A stretch of 55,123 nucleotides of DNA from Armatimonadota bacterium. Its GTDB lineage: Bacteria; Armatimonadota; UBA10988. Shown one piece after another: positions 28,869 through 37,601 of the stretch. The notes beneath the pieces are model-generated. The model had not been told where the DNA came from and searched no databases. It worked only from the letters and a program-made list of their open reading frames with translations. The translations under genes and the position numbers were made by a program. How positions within the stretch are numbered: the stretch's first letter is position 1; every line of letters starts with the position of its first letter. Location: the NCBI GenBank assembly GCA_016235455.1, contig JACRKZ010000037.1:1-55123 (forward strand), given 5' to 3'.

Positions 28869-30854
28869 CTAGTCGTTGGAGCGGATGAGGATGTTGCCCG
28901 AGTCGGGATCCATGTCGATGGTCACGTCGAACGCCTCGCTGATGAAGCGGGCCGGCACCATGGTGCGGTCGCCTTCCAGGTAAGCTGCCAGGTCCATCAG
29001 GATCCGCTCGTTGCCCAGGCGCGCCTCGCGGCTGCCCACCGTGATGGTCAGGATGCCGCGCTTGCCGGTATTGGCCGAGACCGTCTGGCTCGGGCCAATC
29101 CAGCTCACCGAACCGCCCATGCCCTCGACCACGAAGCGCAGGGGCGCCGTGGCCACACCGTGGTGGTGCTGCAGCGGAGCAACATCGGTGTGCACCGTGA
29201 CACCGTTGATGCTCAGGTCGCCGCGCGGAACCACCAGGCGCTGGCCGATGGCCAGCGGGCTCTTGGGGCTCAAACGGTTGAGGCGGCGCAAGTCTTCGAC
29301 GCTGACGCCGAATTTGCGCGAGATGGCCGCCAGCGTATCGCCCTTGGCCACCAGATGCATCTTGGCCATGGCCGGGCCCACCTGGGGCCGGCTGACCACG
29401 CGCTCGACACGGGTACCCGACGGCAGCGCCACGTGCGGCGTCTGCTCGCCGGCGCCCAGCCCTTCGGCCGGAGGCGCCAGGCGGGTCGGCACCACACTGC
29501 GGCTGACGCCGCTGGAAGTGGCGGCCAGCGTGCGGCCGGTGCGCGCGACGGTGCTCGGCACCCGCGGCACGGACACGCCCACGGTGGGCGCGACCGGTCC
29601 GAGCGCCGGTCCGAGGTGCGGCGCCACCGCCACCGCGGCGGAGCCCTGCGAGTCGGTGGTGCGCGACGGCTCGATGCGCCCGTCACCCAGCGGCAGGCCG
29701 GGGCGCGAGACCGTCGCGTTCAGCGAGAAGCCTTCGGGCATGTACAGCACGCTGTCCACGGGGGCCAGGGCCGGAGCCGCACCCAGGCCAACGCGAGCGG
29801 CAGGCAACGTCACGCTTGGCGCGGCCGGCTGCGGACCAACGTAGGTCGGCCGACCCACGCCCACCGCGGCGGCCGGGACCGGCACCGCGCCAGCCGTGCC
29901 CATGACGTGCAGGTCGGCACCGGGCATGGCCAGCGGGCCACCGCTCTGGACGCTGCCCGCGATCTGCGCCGTCGGGTTACCGAGAGCCGCTGCGCCTTCG
30001 ACGCGCGGCGTACCCGCGGTCTCGACCGTGCCGGGCGCGCCCGTCACCAGCGCCGCCTCGGGCACCGTCTTGACCACCGGCGCCAGAGGCCGAGTGATGG
30101 TCGGAGCGGTCGGCGCCTTGGTGTAGGCGGGATCGAACCTGGCCTCGAACGGGCCAATCTCCTCGCGGGACTGGTCGGGCCGGATGACCGAAGCGCGGAC
30201 GATGATCGGGGCGCCCACCATGGCGGCGGTCGGCCGGAGAACGTCCTGGTACGGCGGACGGTTCATCATGGCCTTCATCTTGTCGTTGACGTAGATGATC
30301 ACCCACTGCGCGCCGACGGTCGGGTCGGGCACCACACGGATCAGCGCGTCGCCGGTGATGATACCGGTCGGCGCGCCACCCTTGTCGAGCACGTCCAGCC
30401 GGCTACCGACCGCGGGCGCAGGGCCGGCGGCGTTGCGCACGAAGACGAAGGTCTGGTAGCTGCGCGTGCGGCCCTCGCGGTCGGACACCACGGCCTCGAT
30501 GATGTGTCGGCCGTCGGCCACGTCGCGCGTGTCCCAGGTGTAGCTGACGTTGCGGTCCTCGGGCTTGAGATCAAACATGATCTTGGCCGCGCCGTCGATC
30601 AGCACATCCACCTTGGCCAGCGGCACGCCGTCGCCGGCGGGCTTGAAGGTCACGTCGATCGGCTTCTCGCCGGAGACGGCGCTGCCCTGATCGATGGAGT
30701 TGATGCTGAGCAACGGCCGCGCGCCGTCGGCCACCGGCGCGTCGCCAGGACCGGGCGCGGCGTCCGGGGCCGCAATGATGACGGGGCTCTGAGCCCATAC
30801 GACCACCGGCAGCGCCATGGCCGCCAAGAGAACCCACACCTTAGGGCGTGTCAT
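28869..30854 (-). CDS. secreted protein with Ig-like, LysM and copper-amine-oxidase N-terminal (stalk) domains
   Basis: GGGGAGG RBS; YTWDTRDVADGRH (Ig); VAKGDTLAAISRKFGVSVEDLRRLN (LysM); PLRFVVEGMGG and RTMVPARFISEAF (stalk). Confidence 0.88.
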   Translation of the reverse strand: MTRPKVWVLLAAMALPVVVWAQSPVIIAAPDAAPGPGDAPVADGARPLLSINSIDQGSAVSGEKPIDVTFKPAGDGVPLAKVDVLIDGAAKIMFDLKPEDRNVSYTWDTRDVADGRHIIEAVVSDREGRTRSYQTFVFVRNAAGPAPAVGSRLDVLDKGGAPTGIITGDALIRVVPDPTVGAQWVIIYVNDKMKAMMNRPPYQDVLRPTAAMVGAPIIVRASVIRPDQSREEIGPFEARFDPAYTKAPTAPTITRPLAPVVKTVPEAALVTGAPGTVETAGTPRVEGAAALGNPTAQIAGSVQSGGPLAMPGADLHVMGTAGAVPVPAAAVGVGRPTYVGPQPAAPSVTLPAARVGLGAAPALAPVDSVLYMPEGFSLNATVSRPGLPLGDGRIEPSRTTDSQGSAAVAVAPHLGPALGPVAPTVGVSVPRVPSTVARTGRTLAATSSGVSRSVVPTRLAPPAEGLGAGEQTPHVALPSGTRVERVVSRPQVGPAMAKMHLVAKGDTLAAISRKFGVSVEDLRRLNRLSPKSPLAIGQRLVVPRGDLSINGVTVHTDVAPLQHHHGVATAPLRFVVEGMGGSVSWIGPSQTVSANTGKRGILTITVGSREARLGNERILMDLAAYLEGDRTMVPARFISEAFDVTIDMDPDSGNILIRSND

Positions 30855-30924
30855 GGGTCCGTACCTCCCCAGTGCCACACCGAGCCGCTGCCCGGCAGGC
30901 CGTCCGATTCCAGACTGTCGATGC

Positions 30925-30953
30925 AGTCTACCAAACCGCCACACGCGTGTCAA
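30925..30953 (-). promoter_or_regulatory. near-consensus sigma70 promoter for the LysM gene
   Basis: Minus strand TTGACA (30953-30948), 17-nt spacer, TGn-TAGACT (30930-30925). Confidence 0.75.
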
Positions 30954-30995
30954 ATCGAGTCACATCTCACTTTGGCTCACCGTCGGCCGGTGTTT

Positions 30996-31775
30996 TCAAG
31001 CGCCACCCAGCTCGCTGCGCGGCGTGCCCAGCGGCGCGTTGGTCAGGTCCAGCTCAAACGTCTCCACGGCATTGCGGAACAGGATGCGCTCGCGGTCGCG
31101 GTCTTCGATGGCGGCGTCGCGCATCATACCCAGCACGTACATGGGATGCAGGGTTGGGAAGTGGCTGCCGAACATGACCCGGCGCGGGCCCACCGCGGCC
31201 ACCGCGTCCGCCACCTTGTCGCAATCGGCGTCGAGACTGCCGATCTCGAGGATGGTGTTCAACTGCTGCTCGCAGGCGCCGATGGCGGACTCCCAGTGCT
31301 CGCCGCCCATGCCCAGCAGCACGAACTTGAGCGCGTGGAACTCCTTGGCCAGCAGCACCGTATCGCGCACATCGGCCTCGCTCTGGGTCTCGACGAGCAC
31401 CGGTCGGCCATAGCGCCGGGCGGCGTTGAGGATGGCGCGCAGGCCCTCGGAGAAGAGCCGCGGCCCGGCCGAGGCGCGGGCCACCTTGACCCCCCGGAAG
31501 AGCGTGCCGCTCAAGCGCCGACGCAGTTCCTCGGCCGACTCATTGGGGTAGCTGGGGTTGACCGTGGCCAGGCCAAAGACGTTCACGCGGCCTTCGAGCG
31601 CCTGCTGCACCTGCTCGTTGCCGCGGCGGAAGTCACCGGTGGCGGCGCGTCCGCTGGCCAGTAGCGCGGCGTTGATCTTGGAGGCCGTGAGCACCCGCTG
31701 GATCTCCTGCAGGTTGCCCTGGCGCACCGATTCCGGCGGCGCGCCGAGGTAGGCGTGGATGTCGATGACGGGCAT
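30996..31775 (-). CDS. amidohydrolase_2 family protein (degenerate metal site)
   Basis: IDIHAY, VNP, VGPRRVMFGSHFP, ILFRNA. Confidence 0.8.
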   Translation of the reverse strand: MPVIDIHAYLGAPPESVRQGNLQEIQRVLTASKINAALLASGRAATGDFRRGNEQVQQALEGRVNVFGLATVNPSYPNESAEELRRRLSGTLFRGVKVARASAGPRLFSEGLRAILNAARRYGRPVLVETQSEADVRDTVLLAKEFHALKFVLLGMGGEHWESAIGACEQQLNTILEIGSLDADCDKVADAVAAVGPRRVMFGSHFPTLHPMYVLGMMRDAAIEDRDRERILFRNAVETFELDLTNAPLGTPRSELGGA

Positions 31776-31776
31776 C

Positions 31777-32505
31777 TCAGCTTCCTTCCGCGAGCAGCCG
31801 CTCGATGTTGGCGCCCATCACCAGCGCGCGCTGGTCGTCGGCCAGGGGCGCGGTCTCCACCGCCAGCCGGGAGCTGGAGACATACTGCAGCGGGCTGGCC
31901 GTGCCAAACACCAGCCGCTCGAAGCCGAACCGCCGGCCGAGCGCGACGAGCACTTCGGGGTCGGCCAGGCGCCGCGTCTCGACCAGCACGTGCTTAGCCT
32001 CATCGAGCAGGGCCAGCAACTCGCCCATGAGCGCGCCGGACACACCGAGCAGAATGGTGGTCAGGCCGAACTCCGCGGTGCGCTTGGCCACGCGCGTTGG
32101 CGCGCCGGGCGCCGAAGCGTCGAGCATCAGCACCGCGCCGGCCTCCTTGAGGCCGCGGAGCACCGCGTCGGCGTGGGCCGAGTCCAGGCTCCAGTCCTGC
32201 AGTTCGGGGAACAGACGCCAGGCCTTCACGCCCTGGTCGCGGCGCTTCTTGATCTCGTCGAGCGTGCCCATGAAGCGGCGCGGGTCCACCGTGCCCACGG
32301 GCGCCAGCAGATCGCCGGCGCGGGAGCAGATGTCCATCGTCTCGTCGTTGCCCGCGGCGAAATCGGCGAAGATGCCGTGCGTCGACAGCGTCAGCGCGCG
32401 GTCGATGCCGTGCGTGCGCAGCGTGCGCACCAGCGTTTCGGGCGAAATGTCCGCCCGCCTCAGTGGCCAGAAGCCAAAGAGCGTATGTGCGTCGACAATG
32501 CTCAA
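31777..32505 (-). CDS. amidohydrolase_2 family protein (degenerate metal site)
   Basis: VDAHTLFGFWP, VDPR, RLFP, ERLVFGTASP, MGANIERLL. Confidence 0.8.
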   Translation of the reverse strand: MSIVDAHTLFGFWPLRRADISPETLVRTLRTHGIDRALTLSTHGIFADFAAGNDETMDICSRAGDLLAPVGTVDPRRFMGTLDEIKKRRDQGVKAWRLFPELQDWSLDSAHADAVLRGLKEAGAVLMLDASAPGAPTRVAKRTAEFGLTTILLGVSGALMGELLALLDEAKHVLVETRRLADPEVLVALGRRFGFERLVFGTASPLQYVSSSRLAVETAPLADDQRALVMGANIERLLAEGS

Positions 32506-32595
32506 CGTGGTACCCCGCTCGCCGGGCGACCTTCGCCGCCCTTGATCGCTTTCCTGCTCGACAGCCGGAATGGTCCGAACGTTAGAGTGGTGGTC

Positions 32596-33330
32596 TCAGC
32601 CCGAGGTTGCGAGTTCGGCCTCAAGGACCGCCAAGGCCGCCGCCGCCGCCGCCTGCTCGGCTTCCTTCTTGCTGTTGCCAAAGCCGGCGGCCAGCAGTCG
32701 CTCGCACAGCAGCACTTCCACCGAGAAGCTGCGTTCGTGGGCGGGGCCGCTGACCTCCAGCACGCGGTACTCGGGACCGGCGCGGAAACGATCCTGGGTC
32801 AGCTCCTGCAACTCGCCCTTGTAGTTGCGCCGACGCTGGGCCATGGCGTCGGCGATCTGCGGTTCCAGCACGCGCAACGCGCAGTCGCGCGCCACCTGCC
32901 AGCCGCCATCGACGAACACCGCGCCCAGCACGGCTTCGAGCGTGCTGGCCAGCACCGAATCGCGCGAGCGCCCGCGTGAGCGGTCGGCGGAGCGACTCAT
33001 GACCACGGCGCGGCCCAGGCCCATGGCCGCCGCGGCCTGCGCCAGCGTGGCACCGCGCACGATGAACGAACGGGTGGTGGTCAGTCCGCCCTCATCGTGA
33101 CTGGGCAGGTGCTCATAGAGGTAGGCGCTGATGGCCAGTTCGATAACCGCGTCGCCGAGGAACTCCAGACGCTCGTTGCTCAACAGGGGATCGGTACCCA
33201 GTTCGCGCGCCAGCGAGGGGTGGCTGAGTGCGGTCTCCAGCAGCCGTTCATCACGAAAGGTGTAGCCCAGACACTCGCTGAGCCGCTCCCGCGCGCCGCG
33301 ATCGCCCGGCGAGACAATGGCAGAATCCAT
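32596..33330 (-). CDS. rnc: ribonuclease III
   Basis: NERLEFLGDAV signature, EAVLGAVFVDGG, dsRBD NYKGELQE...GNSKKEAEQAAA. Confidence 0.96.
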   Translation of the reverse strand: MDSAIVSPGDRGARERLSECLGYTFRDERLLETALSHPSLARELGTDPLLSNERLEFLGDAVIELAISAYLYEHLPSHDEGGLTTTRSFIVRGATLAQAAAAMGLGRAVVMSRSADRSRGRSRDSVLASTLEAVLGAVFVDGGWQVARDCALRVLEPQIADAMAQRRRNYKGELQELTQDRFRAGPEYRVLEVSGPAHERSFSVEVLLCERLLAAGFGNSKKEAEQAAAAAALAVLEAELATSG

Positions 33331-33435
33331 GGGTATTAGCGTAGGCGAGCGGGTGCCACGCGTCAAGGTCGGGCCATTGAGCGGCGCGCGGCTGTGCCGC
33401 CGGACCGGTCGCGCCTTGACCGGCCTGGCCGGCAC

Positions 33436-34353
33436 TCAGGGGGCTTTCGGCGCGGCCTCGTAGCGGAGCCGGAGGTAGAGCGTGAACTGCACGCACGGCG
33501 CGGTGACCACGGGATTGATGACCGCGTCGTAGCCGTCGGCATCCAGGCCGTTGTAGAAGAACGTGGTGCTCTTGCGCGCGCCGCGCACCGTATAGCGCTG
33601 GCGGTCCGCGCCCGAGCGGACGGTCTCGGATTCCTGGGCCGTGTAGGAGTCGTACAGCTGCGTCGGGCAGTGCACGGCCGACCGCTCGACGATGACCTGC
33701 GGCGGCAGCTGGTAGGTGATGCCAAGCAGGCGCTCGTAGCGCGCGAGCTTGCCCTTGACCACAGCACTGGCACTTTCCATCAGGAGGTCGCGAACACGTT
33801 CCAGGTCCTGCACCACGTAGTCGACCTTGACCAGATCGAAGACCTGGGCGCGCGCCGCGGCCAGGGCCAGCTTGGGTAGCAGCGCCGCGTCGTGGTAGGG
33901 AACAGCAACGTTCTGCCTTAGCTCGAAGCCGGTGAGCTTCTCCTGCAGAATGTCGCCCTGCAACTCGTAGGCGTAGAGTCTGGCCTGGGCCACCCAGTCA
34001 ACGGCCAGGTCGCTCGCGGCCACGCCAAGCGGCCCGAACTCGGTGGCCAGCGCCTCGATCGTCGCCTCGGACCCCGCGGCGCAGAGCGCCGGCGTGGCGC
34101 CCTCCGTGGCCACACTGAACACGGCCACGTAGGCGTCGGCCGGCTGATTGAGCATCACGCTGGCCTCGACGTACGTGCCCGTGGCGCTGGGCGGCAGGTC
34201 ATCCTTGGCGACGCTGCGCAGCGCCTGCTCGCGGCTCTCGGCGCGGGCCTTGGCATTGGACTGCGAGTAGCCGCTGTTGCCGCCCACCTGAGCACAGGCG
34301 GAACCGAGGGTGAGGATGGCGAGCAGCAGCATCGCCGGGGTGCGCTGAACCAT
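33436..34353 (-). CDS. SIMPL (DUF541)-like exported protein
   Basis: Signal peptide; ADAYVAVFSV, GFELRQNV; start inferred at MVQRTP. Confidence 0.65.
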   Translation of the reverse strand: MVQRTPAMLLLAILTLGSACAQVGGNSGYSQSNAKARAESREQALRSVAKDDLPPSATGTYVEASVMLNQPADAYVAVFSVATEGATPALCAAGSEATIEALATEFGPLGVAASDLAVDWVAQARLYAYELQGDILQEKLTGFELRQNVAVPYHDAALLPKLALAAARAQVFDLVKVDYVVQDLERVRDLLMESASAVVKGKLARYERLLGITYQLPPQVIVERSAVHCPTQLYDSYTAQESETVRSGADRQRYTVRGARKSTTFFYNGLDADGYDAVINPVVTAPCVQFTLYLRLRYEAAPKAP

Positions 34354-34489
34354 GCGAGGCAGCTCCTTGCACGTCGCCGCGCCGGTGCGGATCAGCCGGG
34401 GGCGGGGCGCGCTCACGATCAGTATGCCAACACACCCCAGTGGGCGTCCAACCGCGCCAGGTGTGCCCCTCGCCCGTGCGCATTCGCCG

Positions 34490-37336
34490 TCAGCTAAGCT
34501 CAACCCGCCCGCGCTCGGCCGTCGCCTCGGCCAGCAGCCGGCGGAACTCGGCCACCGCGGCCTCGACTTCCTCGGCGCCAACCGTGGGCCAGGCGTCGCG
34601 CAGCCGCGCCAGCAGGCCCGGCTCGCCGCTGGGCAGGCAGGCGCGCAGCAGGTCGATGGTCTCTGGCGTGAGAACCTCGGGCAGCGTCGCCGCCGACTGC
34701 ATGCCGAGCACCTGATGCAGCGCTTCCAGCCGGTCATCGCCGGCCTGGGCGATGATCTCCGCGGTCAGCAGCTCCCGTAGCCGGCGACTGCGGGTACCGA
34801 AGCCGGCTTCGACCTCGCGGGTCAGCGCATCGAGCTCGGCCGCGGGCGCCGGCTCGTCCATGGGCCACTCGCACCAGGGGCAGACGGCGCGGTGCGTCAG
34901 GTCGGGCTCGCGGCGGCAGACGGTCAAGCGGCGGGCCAGTTCGTCCAGGCCAGGGGCGATCGACAGCGGCGGCCCGAGGGCCTGGATGGCGTTGAGCCGC
35001 GCCACGGCATCGCGCGTGCGGCGGGCCGCGTCGGCCTGGCCGGCCAGGTGCGACAGGCGGTCACGGTGGGCCGCGTGCGCCGCGCCGTAGACCGCCGCGT
35101 ACTGCCGCCGGAACTGCGCCGCCTGGGCCAGCAGACCGCGCGCCAGGTGCGGCTGGGCCAGCAGGCGGGCCGGGTCGATCTGCGCGGTCAGCGCCAGCAG
35201 ATCGCCCTCCAGCGGATGCTGCGGCGGCAACCGCAGGTCGCGCAGCCAGGCCCGGAACGAGGCCACCTGGTCGACCTGATCGGCCAACTGGCGCCAGCCC
35301 TCGAGCTGCTGCCGCACACGCCGCCAAACCGCCAGGTCAAAGCGGTACAGGTCGCCCAGGCGCTCGCCGAACGACTCGACCGAGTCCGCGGTCGCCAGCC
35401 GCGCCAGGCGCTGCAGTGTGGCCTCCACCTCGTCGGGCAGGGGGCGATCCAGCGCTTGGGCCAGTTGGTCGAACGAGCGCGCCACCCAGCGCACCTGCTG
35501 GCGCAGCTCGGCCAGCGCCTCGCGCAAGCGGGCGCGAGCCTCGCTCAGCGCCGCCGGCGACTGGTCGGCGGTCAACTCCGGCACCAACACCCGGGCGAAC
35601 GCCAGCAGGTCGGGCCAACTCCGCGCATCGCTGCGGGCCAACCTTCTAACGCACTTCAGATCGAGCGTTGACCAGTTCTGGCCCGGCAGGTCGGCGGCCG
35701 ACAGCCAGGCCAGATCCCCGCTCGGCCCGACCAGTTCCAGCCGCGTGGCCGGCTCGCCACGCTGGACGAAGGCCAGCAGATAGAGCCGCACCAGATCGGG
35801 TGTCAGGCCGTGCGGCGGTGCGGTGAGCTCGGCCAGCAAGTCGGGCACCGGCAGCGACCCGCCTTGGGCCGCCAGCCGTCGGCGCAACTCGGCGAACCCG
35901 GCGGGCTCGCTGCCCTGGGCCAGGCAGAGCGCGCGGCGCGGCGCGCGGTCGCCGCGCTCCAGTCCCGCCAGCGAGCGGTGCATGGCCGCCAACTGCGCCT
36001 CGGCCAGCGGCTCCTCAAGCAGTTCAGAGTGGATCCACAGGGAGCGCTGTGTGTGGCATTGGGCCAGTCGCGGCCGCAGCAGCGCCGCAGCCCACAGGTG
36101 CGGTGCGGCGGCGGCCAGCGTCTCGCGCCAGTTGCCGGCCAGCGGCGGCTGCGCGGTCAGCGTGCCCTCGGTGTAGTCGCTCAGCCACTCGCCATCTGGC
36201 ACGGGCCGGCTGGCCGGCCAGCGCGCCGCGGCTGCGGCGCGCAAGTCGGCGTCGGGCAGGCTGCGGGCCAGCGTCTCCAGCGCCAGGGCGCGCGCCAGCC
36301 GGGCTCTGCGTTCGCCGCTGGGCGCGCCGGGGCGCAGAATAGCGATGCGCGGGTCGCCCGGCCAGGAGGCGGGAAGCGGGCCGCGCCGGGTCATGATGAT
36401 CAGCAGGAAGGCCAGGTCCGCGGGCAGCGGCTCGCCCCAAGCCGTGTCCGGCGCGTCGGCGATGCGCACCTCGCCACGGTAGAGCACGTTCTCCCAGACC
36501 ACCGTACAGGCGCCCGCCAGCGGTGCCAGCGACTCGCGCAGGAGGTCGGTACGCAGGTCCTCCAAGGCCGGCACCGTGACCCGCTCAGCCTGCGCGGCAC
36601 AGATGGTCGCCAAGGGATCGTCGGTCGGCTCGGTGGGCGCGCTGGGCAGGTTGAGGCACTCCAACCGATCCACCAGCTCACTGGGCGCCGGCGAGGCCGC
36701 CGCGGCCACCAGCCACCAGGTCTGGCCATACGCCTCCGGCAGGTCGACCAACAGCGCGGTCAGCACCTCAAGCAGGTCAGACGCCGAGCCGGGATCGGCG
36801 TCGTCGAGCAGCACCACCGGCCGACGACCCGCCATCTGCAGGCAGTGGTCGGCCACCTCGGCCAGCCGCTCGGCGGCCGGGCGCAGGGCCGGCAGCGCCA
36901 ATCCGCGCGCGGCCGCATGCTCGGCGAGCAGGCGCGCCAGTTCGTCGGGGCCCAGTCGACGGCGTGCCTCCAGCAAAGGCAGGCCGAAGCGGTCGCGGCA
37001 GGCGGCGTCGACGGCGACCTGCTCCGACACGCCCGGCCCGGCGTCGAGCCAGGCCATCCACTCGTGCGTGGGCACGGCCACGCTGGCGGCACTGGGATCA
37101 TGCTCGGCCAACGCAGCGACAAGCCGCTCGACGAGACGATGGGGCCCGTTGGCGTCGCTCAGGTCGACCACCAACGGCAGCCAGCCGTCATCGGCCAGCA
37201 GCGCCTCGGCGGTATCGGCCAGCAACTCGCTCTTGCCGCTGCCCCAGCCGCCGCACAGCCATACCGCGCGGCCGAGCGCCAGCCGGCGCACCACAGCCGC
37301 GCCCGTTGGCCCAGGACTGGTCGTTCCGTGCTCCAT
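34490..37336 (-). CDS. large P-loop NTPase, BrxC/DUF6079-like
   Basis: Walker A VWLCGGWGSGKS, Walker B VVLLDD, PPHGL...LYLLAFV, helical region, C-terminal C-x11-CPWC. Confidence 0.55.
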   Translation of the reverse strand: MEHGTTSPGPTGAAVVRRLALGRAVWLCGGWGSGKSELLADTAEALLADDGWLPLVVDLSDANGPHRLVERLVAALAEHDPSAASVAVPTHEWMAWLDAGPGVSEQVAVDAACRDRFGLPLLEARRRLGPDELARLLAEHAAARGLALPALRPAAERLAEVADHCLQMAGRRPVVLLDDADPGSASDLLEVLTALLVDLPEAYGQTWWLVAAAASPAPSELVDRLECLNLPSAPTEPTDDPLATICAAQAERVTVPALEDLRTDLLRESLAPLAGACTVVWENVLYRGEVRIADAPDTAWGEPLPADLAFLLIIMTRRGPLPASWPGDPRIAILRPGAPSGERRARLARALALETLARSLPDADLRAAAAARWPASRPVPDGEWLSDYTEGTLTAQPPLAGNWRETLAAAAPHLWAAALLRPRLAQCHTQRSLWIHSELLEEPLAEAQLAAMHRSLAGLERGDRAPRRALCLAQGSEPAGFAELRRRLAAQGGSLPVPDLLAELTAPPHGLTPDLVRLYLLAFVQRGEPATRLELVGPSGDLAWLSAADLPGQNWSTLDLKCVRRLARSDARSWPDLLAFARVLVPELTADQSPAALSEARARLREALAELRQQVRWVARSFDQLAQALDRPLPDEVEATLQRLARLATADSVESFGERLGDLYRFDLAVWRRVRQQLEGWRQLADQVDQVASFRAWLRDLRLPPQHPLEGDLLALTAQIDPARLLAQPHLARGLLAQAAQFRRQYAAVYGAAHAAHRDRLSHLAGQADAARRTRDAVARLNAIQALGPPLSIAPGLDELARRLTVCRREPDLTHRAVCPWCEWPMDEPAPAAELDALTREVEAGFGTRSRRLRELLTAEIIAQAGDDRLEALHQVLGMQSAATLPEVLTPETIDLLRACLPSGEPGLLARLRDAWPTVGAEEVEAAVAEFRRLLAEATAERGRVELS

Positions 37337-37601
37337 GCTCCGTGCCCTCTCTGACCGGCCCGTCGCCGCGCTGTCCGGCGAACGGCCCAACTGCTATGAT
37401 CGGGCGGCGACACGCTGCTGACCCGGGCGGTCGCCCAGCCCAAGGAGCGCGCTGTCTACTATCGTAGCTCAACTCACCTCAGTCCATGGCCATGTCTATT
37501 CCAGGTTCATACACACAACAGGCCAGCGCAGCCCAGTGAAGCACTTCGTTACCGGGGAAAGGCAGATCGGTGATGAGCAAGCCGCGCCGCGAGTGCCAGC
37601 C

